A stretch of DNA of 63,972 nucleotides, filler included, from Octopus bimaculoides (GCF_001194135.2; 4 parts of 3 records of this genome joined end to end with filler, not necessarily neighbours in it), one strand, 5' to 3'. Shown: positions 37,446 to 52,499, counted from the first letter of the whole stretch. The notes: generated from the sequence alone by a model not told the origin. Numbers and translations: made by a program.

Positions 37446-37789
37446 TTCGTAAATTTAAACTATTTAAACTTCATGCATATTGAATGGGACTTAACTGTCA
37501 TGAAATTATAGTATATATAAATCCTAAAAACAAGGAAATGTGAATAGCAATAAAAGAAGTATATTTTCTATCATACATGGTATTTCAAACCATCTTCTAA
37601 TTCTACAATGAAATGGCGTCTAATTGTGGACACGCGCGCGCTGACAAACAACACGCACACACACTGCATCTATATGTGAACGTATGTGTTTGTGCATGAG
37701 CACATAAACGTGACTTAGTTGTGTACTAGTACCAAATCGAAGACGAGAGAGAAAATGTACGTGTGGGTTTGTGTGTTTGTGCGTTTGTG

Positions 37790-37874
<85 letters not shown>

Positions 37875-38557
37875 AGAGAGGGAGAGAAAGATTAAAGAAA
37901 GACTAAGAAAATCTAAGAGAAAGTAAAGCGGATTTGAGATGAAAACTGGTTTGTATCCAAACAAGGATTNNNNNNNNNNNNNNNNNNNNNNNNNNNNNNN
38001 NNNNNNNNNNNNNNNNNNNNNNNNNNNNNNNNNNNNNNNNNNNNNNNNNNNNNNNNNNNNNNNNNNNNNNNNNNNNNNNNNNNNNNNNNNNNNNNNNNNN
38101 NNNNNNNNNNNNNNNNNNNNNNNNNNNNNNNNNNNNNNNNNNNNNNNNNNNNNNNNNNNNNNNNNNNNNNNNNNNNNNNNNNNNNNNNNNNNNNNNNNNN
38201 NNNNNNNNNNNNNNNNNNNNNNNNNNNNNNNNNNNNNNNNNNNNNNNNNNNNNNNNNNNNNNNNNNNNNNNNNNNNNNNNNNNNNNNNNNNNNNNNNNNN
38301 NNNNNNNNNNNNNNNNNNNNNNNNNNNNNNNNNNNNNNNNNNNNNNNNNNNNNNNNNNNNNNNNNNNNNNNNNNNNNNNNNNNNNNNNNNNNNNNNNNNN
38401 NNNNNNNNNNNNNNNNNNNNNNNNNNNNNNNNNNNNNNNNNNNNNNNNNNNNNNNNNNNNNNNNNNNNNNNNNNNNNNNNNNNNNNNNAGGATGATGATA
38501 TGGATATATATATATATGCATATATATATATATACATACTAATATTATGTATATGTT

Positions 38558-38623
<66 letters not shown>

Positions 38624-39970
38624 CTAGGACACGAGTTTAGTTGATAGCACACGGAAAAAAAAAACGAGGAAAAAAATAACTTCGAGGTGAGGGGGATATT
38701 CCTAGCCACACCCCCTCCTATTTCGGTATATTAGATACAATTATTTGATAGCACAAGAAAAAGAAATCCGAGGAAAATACATTATTTCTCACCGAAATCG
38801 AGTTGGGTGTTGTTAAACTATAAATTTAAACTACATCTCAACTGCACGTTTGAAAAATATTCTAGCAAAAATCGGAAAGAAATTTAACTAGGTCCCAAAC
38901 ATATATGCGTGTATGTCTGTTAGTATAGCTGCAAGTCTGTGTTGTAAGCTCCTATTAGAATATGTTGTTTTATGTAAAAGCACATTTCACTATTTATTTT
39001 GAAATATTCCTACATTATTCGTTCGCTGCAATAACTATTGTTTGCTCATTTATGTTTTATCCATCCTCAACCTACATTGGGTTTTTCTGCACTTATTTCA
39101 GAACATTTAATTATGGAAACAAATAATATACTTTGTAGCGTACGCACACGCAAACGAATATTGTGTATCTGGATGTGAAGGTGTGATTATTTGAATGGAA
39201 CATAGTCTTGTCAACTCTATAAGAACGAAACATCAAGTCAACCACGATATGATATAAAATCGAGAATTAAGAAGACGTAATGAACTGGCGTGGAATCTTG
39301 TCTTACGCTTCTAAGAACCAACAGCTATTATCAGATTGTAAAATAAAAATTATCCACATGCCAGATTCAGCACTTTTCATCTAAGATAACATCTCATTTA
39401 GGCGTGCAATATTTAAAATATATATAACAGAGAGACACGAAGTATCATCTCGGCAGAGTCCTAGAAAAATGTTGGCTTTGTTGTACCTTGTCAGCGACAA
39501 AATTTTTCTGCTATGGGAAAGAGTGAATAATGCCCTGAAATTATGAGTGATCAATATCTTAATGGCATATTTCAATGAAAACATTTCGCAACAGCACCTA
39601 CATTTCTCTATACATGTCTTAAAAAGGCCATTTATGTGAGTTTCAATATTCTTTCTGATATAACGAAAGGAATTCTATTTTAAAGCAATTACGGATAATT
39701 TAATTTTCTACCGAAATTTCTATTGTAATATCAAACTCCGAAGTATTTTCAACATGGTTCTGCTCTTAATTGGCTTATTGTTCGATCAGAGATTTACGAC
39801 TGCTTAAGAGTGCAATTCATCTATGTTAGATGTTAATGAGGACATTGTGAAACATGTCGGGTACACACAAGATGATAAAAGCGGAACACTTTAGCTTTTA
39901 ACGTTTTAAATGTTTATTTTTATGTTTAGCTACAATTTTGAAGTTAGTGTGTGAGTGCGTATGTGTGTGC

Positions 39971-40009
<39 letters not shown>

Positions 40010-40018
<9 letters not shown>

Positions 40019-40145
40019 AGAATCGGCTGTGTGGCTTGTAGCTTGCTTACCAGCCACATGGTTCCGGGTTCAGTCCCATTGGACAAATGTCTTCTACTAT
40101 AGTCTCGGGCCGACGAAAGCCTTGTGAGTGGATTTGGTAGCCAGA
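40010..40145 (+). mobile_element. SINE family B, 5' part
   Basis: Head and CORE-like segment. Confidence 0.8.
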
Positions 40146-40257
40146 ATCTGCGTTATGTTTGAAAGAATATTCAAACTAAAAAGAAAAAAAAAAGCTGTAT
40201 GATACATGGTTAGATGGTTAGAGAATTTTCCGGACTGCATATTTAGCGTTGTCATTC

Positions 40258-40309
<52 letters not shown>

Positions 40310-42889
40310 ATGGTCATTTCATCTATACCCTTCTCACTGACCTCTATGTCGTCATTTCATTAGTCTATACCCCTCTCATTTTCCCTATTTGTCTCCGATG
40401 GCGAAGTATCCAATACTCTGGGATATCCCAGAAAGAGTTGTTAGACTTTGAATTTCTCCAATAATAATAATGACTTGAGATGTTTGTCTTGCCTTAACGT
40501 TTGTTGTCCTCTTTAACAGCGTACCTCGTCGTTTAGATCATCTGTGAACTAAACCCTCATATTATATATATAATACCCCCTACATATNNNNNNNNNNNNN
40601 NNNNNNNNNNNNNNNNNNNNNNNNNNNNNNNNNNNNNNNNNNNNNNNNNNNNNNNNNNNNNNNNNNNNNNNNNNNNNNNNNNNNNNNNNNNNNNNNNNNN
40701 NNNNNNNNNNNNNNNNNNNNNNNNNNNNNNNNNNNNNNNNNNNNNNNNNNNNNNNNNNATGAGCCCATCGGATAAATCTCACAATTTCATTACTGCTGTC
40801 ATTTGTGGAACACGACTGTCACTACATAAACCTGATGTTGATTATCGATTGAAAGCACTTGTTTTTCTCAATATTGTAAAATTGTAATAATTGCAAATAA
40901 TTTAATAATTATAAGGGTGTATATTTACTTCTGTTATGTCTGTGTATATAAAATCTAAGTGTAATTGGTGCCTGCCAAGCGACTGCAAGAAGTCTTCTTC
41001 TTTGGAGAGTACTGTTGTTTAACTTGCTGTTAGACATGATCAGACAAAACTTACCCCTCAAAACGCTTTTTTAATCACTGCTATCATACCTTCCTTGTTT
41101 TTATTTCTTTTTAGTACCACACTAAACGATATTGTCTTCCTATTCTTAAATCGTAGATGTGATTTGACTGAGATTCAACTGCTTTTTCTTTGAGATGAAT
41201 CAGGCACGTGGATGCTTTCTACTTAATTTGATATGATAGCTGTTGTATATTTCTAGCATATGTAAAATATGATCTACTTCATGTTGAATATAAATTTAGA
41301 CAGTATCGTAAGTAATAAATAATCCTTATGTTTCTCATCCTACCATTAATCACTTTAATACTCAAATCATCATCAGCATTTTCGGCTTAGTATTTTATGG
41401 AACCAAGCTTAAATTCTCATGATTCTTTCCTCTACGTTTCATCATGGTAGCCATAATCTCTAGTCATAATGGAAATGGTAAAAGTGCAACCTGTACGGCG
41501 TAAGCAGTAAATGTATACATACTAATAACAGGCTAGAGGCAGATGGGGGATTGCTGTAGTACATAGCTTTTACTGTATTTTGTAAATATAAAGCCAGATA
41601 GTCTCTGGATGGGGAGTATGCATTCTATGTTGTTGCCCTACACATACAATATAATTGGATGGTCACAGCTGGAAGGACTTTGAGTGTAGATTTGTACGGT
41701 CGTTGATAATCTTGTACTAAACGATAGCAGCTAGACAGACGAATGAACGTGGAAGTTTTTGCGAGCTGGTTTGTCTTACTGGAAATAGAAACTAAATAAG
41801 ATTGAAATTACATCCTACCTATTTACAAAATATAGGCACACTTGATAAGGTCCTGTCGTCATTATGTCTGGGTACAAAAAAATTAGGACAATCGTGACGT
41901 GCATATGTTGATTGGTCAGCACGATCAAGATAAGCCTGGGTTACACAACAATAGGAAACAAAACTAGTGACTAGGTGTCTAACTGCTTATGCATTAGTAA
42001 TTTCGATTGTACGATTAAACTAACAAAACGACAAGCAGCAATTGTTTTTTCCTAGTATATTCATCTGACTATCCTTATCAGCTGTACAATAACTTCGAAA
42101 ATCCACATATATTTATAATTAGATATCTTCTTAATATATCTTTTAAGGGAAATATAATGAATTCCATGGAATACAAAAGGCCTTTTGCCCCATCACTATC
42201 AGAGAGTAGGCATTGATTTGTTTAAGTGCATATAACTTGAGGGTGCCGTAAAAGTGACTGATAGAATAAATACCAGCTTTCAAAAATAAGTACTGGAGTC
42301 GATTTGTTCGACTAAACCCTTCCAAACAGTAACCCAGCGGGACTACCGTCTAATGGCTGACACACGGAAAGGCTGTATAAAGAGAAAGCAAAATTTGCTG
42401 CGTCAAAAAAATAATTATATATTTTCAGGTTAAAGCATCATTCTCTTCTTATATGCTAATGGCAATAATATATGCAGTATTTGTAGAATACCAAGACGCA
42501 AGCGAAATAGTGTAGTCACATGAACTAATAAAATCAGACAACACACACACACACACTCGCGCGCACGCACATACGACAGAAGTTGGCCATCATTTTTTAA
42601 ACGTAATTTCTAAAAGTATCTGTTCACATTTTCAATATTATATTTATTTACTTCAATGATTTTATTCCTTCACTCTTTCACTCTCCATATCTCATTCTAA
42701 TTTCAGCTCATATTTTCTCTTTTCCTCCAGTTTTGCATTTCACTCGCTTACTCAATCTACAAAATCTATTAAAGAATTCTATTTTGTTATCAAACTCAAT
42801 ACACAACTGTCAGTTCAGTTTTAAACAGAAAATTATTGGTGCTTAGACTTATAAATATTCAGTCACATACAGTGAGCACATTATATATA

Positions 42890-44270
<1,381 letters not shown>

Positions 44271-45409
44271 TGTGCGTCGGTGCTTTCTGAAATTATATAT
44301 CAAAAGATATATTTCATTTCTTGCAAATTCCGCGGTTCTTCAGTAAACAGTAATGTTTTAAGTCAGAATGATATATGATATGCAACGTTGTCCATTTCGT
44401 AACAAATTAGGACATAGAATGCTTCAGGTGTTTAGAAGTACTTCAGCATTATATAATCTAATCGTCTATTCGAAGTGCTTCCGCACAATTTCCACTCGTC
44501 CCATTTTGTGTCGACGCGATGCTTGCAAGCCAGTTCAACGGTAGATTTATGCACCCTCTCACTGTTCTCGCACCGTACCCACGGCAAAATCAATTACCCA
44601 TTCTTTTAAAGATGTTAAGATCAAATCCATCTATTTCTAAGTACATAGAACGCATAGAATATTGAATCCTAAGCAGCGATTGGACGCTAACATGCGTTCC
44701 TGGGTTACACACAAGTGTTTCATTACTTCGACGGGAAAAAATAAGTAAACGATCAGTGTTCTATTTTGTCGGAGAGATTCATCTCGTCGATTAAATGTTA
44801 GGTGAACTAGATATAAACAAGATATAAACAAGATATAAATATTGTTTATATCTTGTTCACCTATATTTTGTCATACGAGAAATGATTTAGAAAATACTTG
44901 CTCTTAACAATCCTAAATTATATATAATTTTTAGTACGACTATTTTACAATCAAATATTTATATATACAGACTTCCTTTTAAACGAGGTTTAGTCGGCGA
45001 TGTCTCGTTGTCACGAATGTTGTTTGCAGTCGGGACCTCCCAGTTTGGCGAAATCGAACTGATCGATGTTTAAGATCTTGCTGATGTTCAAAATGGTATA
45101 CGCAACAGTCATCAATTATACAGCAGAGAAATTGGAATGCATCATTATATTTATGTCTTTCTGAAAGGTATTAGACAAATCAGTAGAGTGTGCTGTAATC
45201 AAGCAGAACTGTAACCAACCGGATTGCAGACAGCTTTTACACTACGGCACTCATTATATTTATTTATAGCAGAACGTTAATGACTTTCTGAGATAAACAT
45301 TTTTTTGTATTGCGTTCATAGAATAAAGATTGCTTAAGACGATTGTCTCCTTTCATTTTGTAGAGTTTTCTGCATATTCTAGCGACATAAACGATTTTAT
45401 TTTTAACCA

Positions 45410-46010
45410 CAAGAAGGCAGTAAGCTGGCACAACCTTTCGCACGCCGGACAAAACGCTTAGCTGCATTCCGTCTGTCTTTATGCTCAGAGTTCAAATTCC
45501 GCCGTGAATGAATTAGCATTTCATTCTCTCGGGTTCAATAAACAAGCAGTTTTTTTTTTAACAATGGGATCAATGTAATCAACTAAACCCATCCCTCGAA
45601 AGAGCCGGCCTTTCTTATTAAGGCGGTGAACTGGCAAAATCATTTGCACGCCGGAGAAAATGCTTAGCGGCATTTCGTCCATTTCTTACGTTCTGAGTTC
45701 AAATCTTACCGTGGTGAACTTCGTATTTTCATCCTTTTGGGCACGATGAAATAAATACCAGTTAAGCACTGGAGTTTGTGTAATCTACGTACTCCGCCTC
45801 TAAAATTGATGGTCTTGTGCCAAAACTTGAAACCAGTATAAGTCGGTGAGTTGGCAGAATCGTTAGCACATCAGGATGAAATGCTTAGCGTCGTTCTCAG
45901 TTCAAATTTTGCCGAAGCCGACTTTGCCTTTCATTCTGTCGGGGGTTGATAATACAAGTACCAGTTGAACATGGGTTTCATGTATTCCACTATATCTATT
46001 CCTCAAAATG
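45410..46010 (+). mobile_element. Three head-to-tail SINE family A copies
   Basis: Heads at about 45412, 45617 and 45841, each followed by GAGTTCAAAT..GCCG and the same tail. Confidence 0.85.
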
Positions 46011-46026
46011 ATTGGTTTTGTGTCAA

Positions 46027-46095
<69 letters not shown>

Positions 46096-46854
46096 AAAGA
46101 TGATGAGAATAATAATAATACTAATGAACCACAACTATTAACATTGCTGTTGAATTATGGATCTATGGACTCTCATTTCCTTTCAAACTTCATTATATTG
46201 CATTATAACTCTAAATAAGTATACAAATGAAGAGGATATTTATTTTCGAATATTTTAGTTTTACACAACAAAACACACTCACAAACAAATACACATACAC
46301 ACACACACACGTACATATTCAAATACACGTACATACACACTCATGCATATGCAGATATACATACATGTATATATTTCATTTAAGTATATGACAATGATTA
46401 ATTTCTTCATATATCATTTACTTATTGAAGAAATGGCAAATGTTTATGCATCTATTTATATAATCTAGCTGTATGTAACTTTAATTCAGTTACGAACTAT
46501 TTCAGAAATGCATTTACACAATGAAGTCAATAGACTTTACTTCATAAAAATATTCATTAAACATTAATTTGTGATGGAACACAGACGAAGATGGATGCCT
46601 AAAATATGCATGATTTATGTATGTATGTACATAAGTACGTACGTATGTATGTATGTTTGTATGTATGTATGTATGTATGTATGTATGAATGTATTTATGT
46701 ATGTATATATAGGGAACATGTATAAAGAAAGTTTCTTATATTCTTATATGGCAGCGTATACACGTATACATATAAGTAGGAAAGACATTTGTGAGATTTA
46801 TAAAATCGGTATACAAATCAACGTCGATGATGTAACAATGAAGATTTTGAAATA

Positions 46855-47030
46855 ACTTGTGGCTGTGTAGTAAGCAACATGCTTCGCAGCCACATGAATC
46901 CGGGTTCAGTACCACTGCGTGGCACCATGGGCAAGTGTCTTCTGCTATAGCCCAAGGCCGACCAAAATATTGGGAGTGGATTTGGCATACGGAAACTAAG
47001 AGCGATGCTCATCATGTATATGTATTAGAG
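46855..47030 (+). mobile_element. SINE family B, 5' part
   Basis: GTGGCTGTGTAGTAAG...GGGTTCAGTACCACTGCGTGGCACCATGGGCAAGTGTC. Confidence 0.85.
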
Positions 47031-47139
47031 GTATATATATATATATATATTAGAGGAAAAAGGACAAAAAACCCAGGCAGGACGAGTATTTCAGGTTATT
47101 TAGAGAATTTAATTAGAGTAAGGTGATATATATATAATA

Positions 47140-47400
47140 TAATTTATATAAATAAGGATAAGATCGTTATTTAAAATACCGATCTTATCAAGGGTGGCCA
47201 GCATGGGAATAAAAACCTCAAAAGGTAATAATTATTATTAAAATTATAATTAAGGGTATCTAAGAGATACCACCATACTTGAAATAGCAGCCAAAACTTG
47301 ACTCTAAAACCACATGTCGTTTTAGAGTCAAATTTTGGCTGCTGTTTTAAGCCTGGTGGTATCTCTTAGATATACTTAATTATAATTCTAATAATAATTA
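47140..47400. repeat. Foldback repeat with about 81-bp inverted arms
   Basis: Arms 47230-47310 and 47319-47399 with an 8-nt loop (CACATGTC). Confidence 0.9.
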
Positions 47401-47469
47401 TATATATATATAAATATGTGTGAGTGTGTGTATGTGTGTGTGTGTGTATGAATGTATGTTATATGTGTC

Positions 47470-47670
47470 TCTGTGTGTGTGTTTACTCCATCACCACCGC
47501 TTGACAACCGGTGCTGGTATGTGTACGTCCTCGTAACCAAGCGGTTCAGTAAAAGACACATATAAAATAAGTACTGCGGTTGATATATTCGACTAAAACT
47601 CTTTGAAGACTATGCCTTAGCATGGCTGCAGTCTAATGGCTGAAGCAAGCAAAAGATAAAAGAAAGAAAC
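47470..47670 (+). mobile_element. SINE family B, 3' part
   Basis: Body and tail AGCATGGCTGCAGTCTAATGGCTGAAGC. Confidence 0.75.
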
Positions 47671-47801
47671 TAAGCAATAAATATTTTTAGTCCCTCACTT
47701 CTGGATTTTAATTGATTAATATATCGATAGATTGATAGATAGATAGAATGGCATATCGTCTGAAATGCTAATTACATTTAGTTTGTATGAATTTCACTTA
47801 C

Positions 47802-47967
47802 TTTGGCTGGGATATTAACGCAACCCAGGAAGTCATCAACACTGCCACTGCTTCCTTTTCGAGCTGATTGTGCGACTTGTTTGAAGAATCGTCCAAGACC
47901 CTTGAATCCAGATACCTCATTTAATTTTTTAGCTGCTTCAAACACAGAATATTCTTCGTCGTGGTCC
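47802..47967 (-). CDS. BAIAP3: Internal coding exon of a BAIAP3/Munc13-4 (Unc-13D family) gene, C2A domain
   Basis: Flanked by acceptor tttctacttAG (47969-47968) and donor GTAAGT (47801). 166 nt = 1 nt + 55 codons: (W)[55 protein letters not shown]. This closely matches my recollection of human BAIAP3 (WDHDDDVSLVEACRKLNEVIGLKGMGRYFKQIVKSAR...DDFLGCLNIPVR). No neighbouring exons were found. Confidence 0.9.
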
Positions 47968-50497
47968 CTAAGTAGAAATAAAAATGACGGAAAAATATAA
48001 TTAGGGAAAGGATTATTGAATGCATGAAAAAAAAACACATGTAATGAAATCCTGGACTGTATAGGATTGAAATGTTATTATTAGGACAACAGTCACTGTA
48101 ATACCTTGTTTCACAGGAACATCTCAATAATCTTGCTTCTTTAAAACACATGGTTTCGTTCAGAACGCCGTTGGTTCGTCAGATGTGGTGTATCGACTAA
48201 ATTTGATATCTTCAGTGCCGAATAATCCGGACGCTCTGGGCTATACAGAAAAGTTTTGATCACTGATTTATGCGAAAGCTAGACAAGTTAAAATTAAATT
48301 GATATACGCTCTTGAAATAGCTTTAGATTAAACTACAATTTTGTATAACATATTTATTGTGTATCCAAACGTGGACCGGCACTAGCTATAATATTTTCTC
48401 TCAGTCAGAAATCTCTGAAAGACACTTGTGTGTTAAACATAAAGTGCGGCTTCACACTTCTATACACTTTATGAAGAGTTTACGAAAAAATATTTTAATG
48501 TAAGGCCCTTTTTTTGAAACGCATTTATGAAAGTCAGCTTTATGAGATCAGAACTCAAACCATCATTTTGAAATACCAAAGTATCGATTTTGGCTAAGGG
48601 ATTCCTGATATAGAATTTCTAAGCCGAAGTAGGAAGAATATTTTTTTTAATACATTCGGCCGTACATTGTAACTTACGAAGCTTGAAATATTTTCGTTTC
48701 CTTGCTGTTGATTTGGGATTATTCCAAATGCACATTTTACTAAACTTAAGGGATGGCGATAGTCAAAATAACTTTGTTTCTATTATTACATGTCTCTCAT
48801 AACCCTTATAAGTGAATGAACGAATATTTAACTTGCCTTACTACAATGTCAGTTGTTATGTGGTTACACCAGAAATGCTTAGTTTATTACTGCTAAATCA
48901 GTGACATTAACATTTCCTGAAAGCAATACAGATTAATTTTTGTTTAAGCTTCCCTCTTTTAAATTTCTCATTTAATGAAAATCTACGGAAATTCCTGTCA
49001 TGAGAAAAAGCGCCAGAGGTAGTTTGTAAGCTCTCAAAATGTGTAAAAATACGTTTTGTATATTTTAGAAGAAAGAATCCTGTGTATTAAAACGGATACT
49101 TTTGTTGATTGCTAAAATTTAAAGTACCCTCACTAATCTACTGTTATACATTATTTTATTTTTCAGAACTTCTTTAACGTTTAATAATATAATGCGATCC
49201 ATTGCCGTTGGCATGCAAAGTAACACGTTAATTTTCATAGCTGTGAATTCTAATGAATCCGTGTTACCTTCCCTGCTAGATAAGAAATTTATAATGTCAC
49301 ATTAACCTTTACCGTTTCAAGGGATATCGAATATTAAACAGATGGATAATGCTATACCTTAAAAAGTTTAACACTGAGCTGTAAAACTGTGAACCTAAAT
49401 AAATTTCAACAAAAGTTAGATGTTCTAATACCTACATAAAAAACAACTTGTCCCTTCTTATTTTAACAATGTTCTCAAAGAAATCAAAGCAGATAAGACT
49501 CCATAACAATCAAATGGTTCGTGGACAAATTATTTCAAGAAACATCAAATACCCCATCGATACAATGTATATATATAGAGATTGGACAAATATAAGGATG
49601 TTGCATCTATGTGTATATTTGATAATATATGGAGGATATAATGCGGCCCGCTGGTGTTATGCACATATATATAAGTTTATAAAACTATACCCTCACCTAC
49701 AACCACTTATGATCATACATACGTAGACATAAATGTACACTACGCACGAAATATATTTAGACAGAGATTTCGATGTTGAAATCATCGATTGATAATTTTT
49801 TTCCTTAGACACTCATCTTTGTCTGTAACTATAGAAACCTCTTAAGTCTAATTATATCCTACCTGATTCATTACTTACTAACTGAACTACAGGCAGATAT
49901 TACGAATTATGTTATACTATCTGGATTAAAGATAAAAGCCTTGAGAATGATGTAAACATTTACGGCTGTATCTGTACAAAATAAATTATAGCGATGACTG
50001 CAATCATTGGCAACTGGCTTTGTTGTTGTTTTGTTATAAGACTAATTATATCCTACTTACTGTATATCGTTTCTCAGTGGTGTTGAGCAAAGATGCTCAA
50101 CTCCGTGTGAAACGAGTTTCGACCCAATTTTTCGTAATCTCATAGGAAATAATTTCCATTAATGTTCTCTATTAATAAACATAATGCATATCCTTCATTT
50201 GGGACCTGGAGTCGTTGTACAAAATCAAATGATTCTCTTAGACATCAGTATTTATATATGCAAAAGATAAAGATAGTCACATGTAAATTCTTTGATTACA
50301 TAGGTTACAATATGCTTTTAAACACTATGCTCAAAATGGTGTGCAATAAAATTAACATTTTTAATATAATCCCTTTTGTCTGTTAATATGCTTCGGATAG
50401 GATATAAGTGCTAGTATATGAGGTGTCTTCCCAGCATATATTTATTGTGGCCGTTGGATCATCAAGATGCCTTTAAAATGTAAGTAGGTGTAAGAAG

Positions 50498-50820
50498 TGG
50501 AAGCGCAATGGCCCAGTGGTTAGGGCAGCGGACTCGTGGTCATAGGATCGTGGTTTCGATTCCCAGACCGGGCGTTGTGAGTGTTTATTGAGCGAAACCA
50601 CCTAAAGCTCCTCGAGGCTCCGGCAGGGGATGGTGGCGAACCCTGCTGTACACTTTCACCACAACTTTCTTTCACTCTTTCTTCCTGTTTCTGTTGTACC
50701 TGTAAATCGAAGGGCCAGCCTTGTCACACTGTGTCACGCTGAATATCCCCGAGAACTACGTTAAGGGTACACGTGTCTGTGGAGTGCTCAGCTACTTGCA
50801 CGTTAATTTCACGAGCAGGC
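50498..50820 (+). mobile_element. tRNA-derived SINE, family D (runs into gap)
   Basis: A box TGGCCCAGTGG, B box GGTTTCGATTCC, followed by a non-tRNA body. Confidence 0.85.
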
Positions 50821-51012
50821 NNNNNNNNNNTAAGAAAAATTTTCAACCACAATCTTGTAGATACAGAAAATTCAAAGACACGCATTAGCCGATTAATTGT
50901 CCCTGGGAATTGATATTCTATTTTTTTGTAACGGAAAAGATGAAAAAAATTGACCTCACACAGATTTGGACACAGAATATCAGAACAGGAAGTATATACT
51001 GGTGCACTTTTT

Positions 51013-51062
<50 letters not shown>

Positions 51063-51094
51063 CACACACACATACACACACAGAGGTTTGATGT

Positions 51095-51675
51095 AAATAT
51101 GTACTGACAAAGAATTAAGTCCGGAAAAAACCGAATCGAGCGGTCCCTACTGATGAGGCTACGGAATTAACCGAAACTGACCGAGCAGTATGAGAATTCT
51201 CGACCGGTGTTTTCGGACTATTACAGTCACTGTCAGTACATATCTATACAATTATATGCATTAACTACAGCTTTGGAGATTTTTAGCTCTTATTTCTAGC
51301 AATGTAGGTGTTCTAACACACTAGTCATATGTAGTTTTCCTTTTTGGTTAAACATTGCACACTGTTTTCTATATTAAGTTAATGTATACACATTAGCGAT
51401 TCGCTAAAACACCCATGGTCTTTTTATGGGGAATACATATGTACTGACACAGAAGCAAGTCCGGCATAAGGCCGGGTCGAGTGGTCACTACTGATGAAAC
51501 TAGGGAATTAGCCGAAACTGACCGATCAGTATAAGGAATTTTCGACCGCTGCCTTCAGGCGATTATGGTCCCTGTCAGCACATATGTACACAGTTATATG
51601 CTTTAACTACAGCATTAGAAAATTTTAGCACTTATTTCAAGCAATATAAGTGTTCTAATTCCCTAGACATACTTA
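51095..51675 (+). ncRNA. Tandem 341-bp repeat (1.7 units), each unit with a type I hammerhead ribozyme; retrozyme-like
   Basis: CTGATGA at 51150-51156 and 51491-51497; GAAA at 51173-51176 and 51514-51517; GUA cleavage triplets ending at 51190 and 51531; extended stem I; see findings. Confidence 0.8.
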
Positions 51676-52054
51676 AGTGACAATTATTGTTTTCCTTCTT
51701 TACACACACACACACACACACACGTAATTAGTAAGGGATTTCTCCGAACGCTTACCAGTTTACTCACAGGTAGGTATTCAAAATAGGTTATTCAATGGTT
51801 AATATATAAATCCAAAAATAATTCTCATGAATTGAGAATTTAGAGATATATTCCGTTGGATAATTCTAAATATATTGCCATAACCTTATAGAAAGGTTGA
51901 AAATTTCAGCAGTTACTAATCAATGTAGTTGAAACACGTGTAGGCCTATGTAAAGCTGTATATATAAAAAGCAATTAAAGGTAATGTTATGCTACATCGT
52001 AATAATTATTGATATGGTTATTATTATTGATATGCTCTTTTAGTATTTATTCTT

Positions 52055-52270
52055 TTACACTTTTCATCAATATCACTGCAGCCATGCTTGAGCACTGCCT
52101 TTAGTCGACCAAATCAACCCCATGACTTATTCTTTGTAAGCATAGTACTTATTCAATCGGTCTCCTTTGTGAACCGTTAAGTTTCGGGGACATAAACACA
52201 CACACATTGGTTGCCATGCGATGGTGGGGGAAAACAGTAACAAAGGCACACATACATAAATAGGTATATA
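52055..52270 (-). mobile_element. SINE family B, 3' half
   Basis: Reverse complement of the family B tail and body. Confidence 0.85.
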
Positions 52271-52467
52271 TATATATATANNNNNNNNNNNNNNNNNNNN
52301 NNNNNNNNNNNNNNNNNNNNNNNNNNNNNNNNNNNNNNNNNNNNNNNNNNNNNNNNNNNNNNNNNNNNNNNNNNNNNNNNNNNNNNNNNNNNNNNNNNNN
52401 NNNNNNNNNNNNNNNNNNNNNNNNNNNNNNNNNNNNNNNNNNNNNNNNNNNNNNNNNNNNNNNNNNN

Positions 52468-52499
<32 letters not shown>

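Noticed and set aside
48145-48195. Minus-strand CACAT-CTGACGA...GAAA-CC-ATGTG hammerhead-like motif
   Set aside because: No credible stem II and no UH cleavage site or stem III.
48110-48245. Exon-like segment just upstream of the BAIAP3 exon
   Set aside because: All frames contain stops before the donor and none resembles the C2A sequence.
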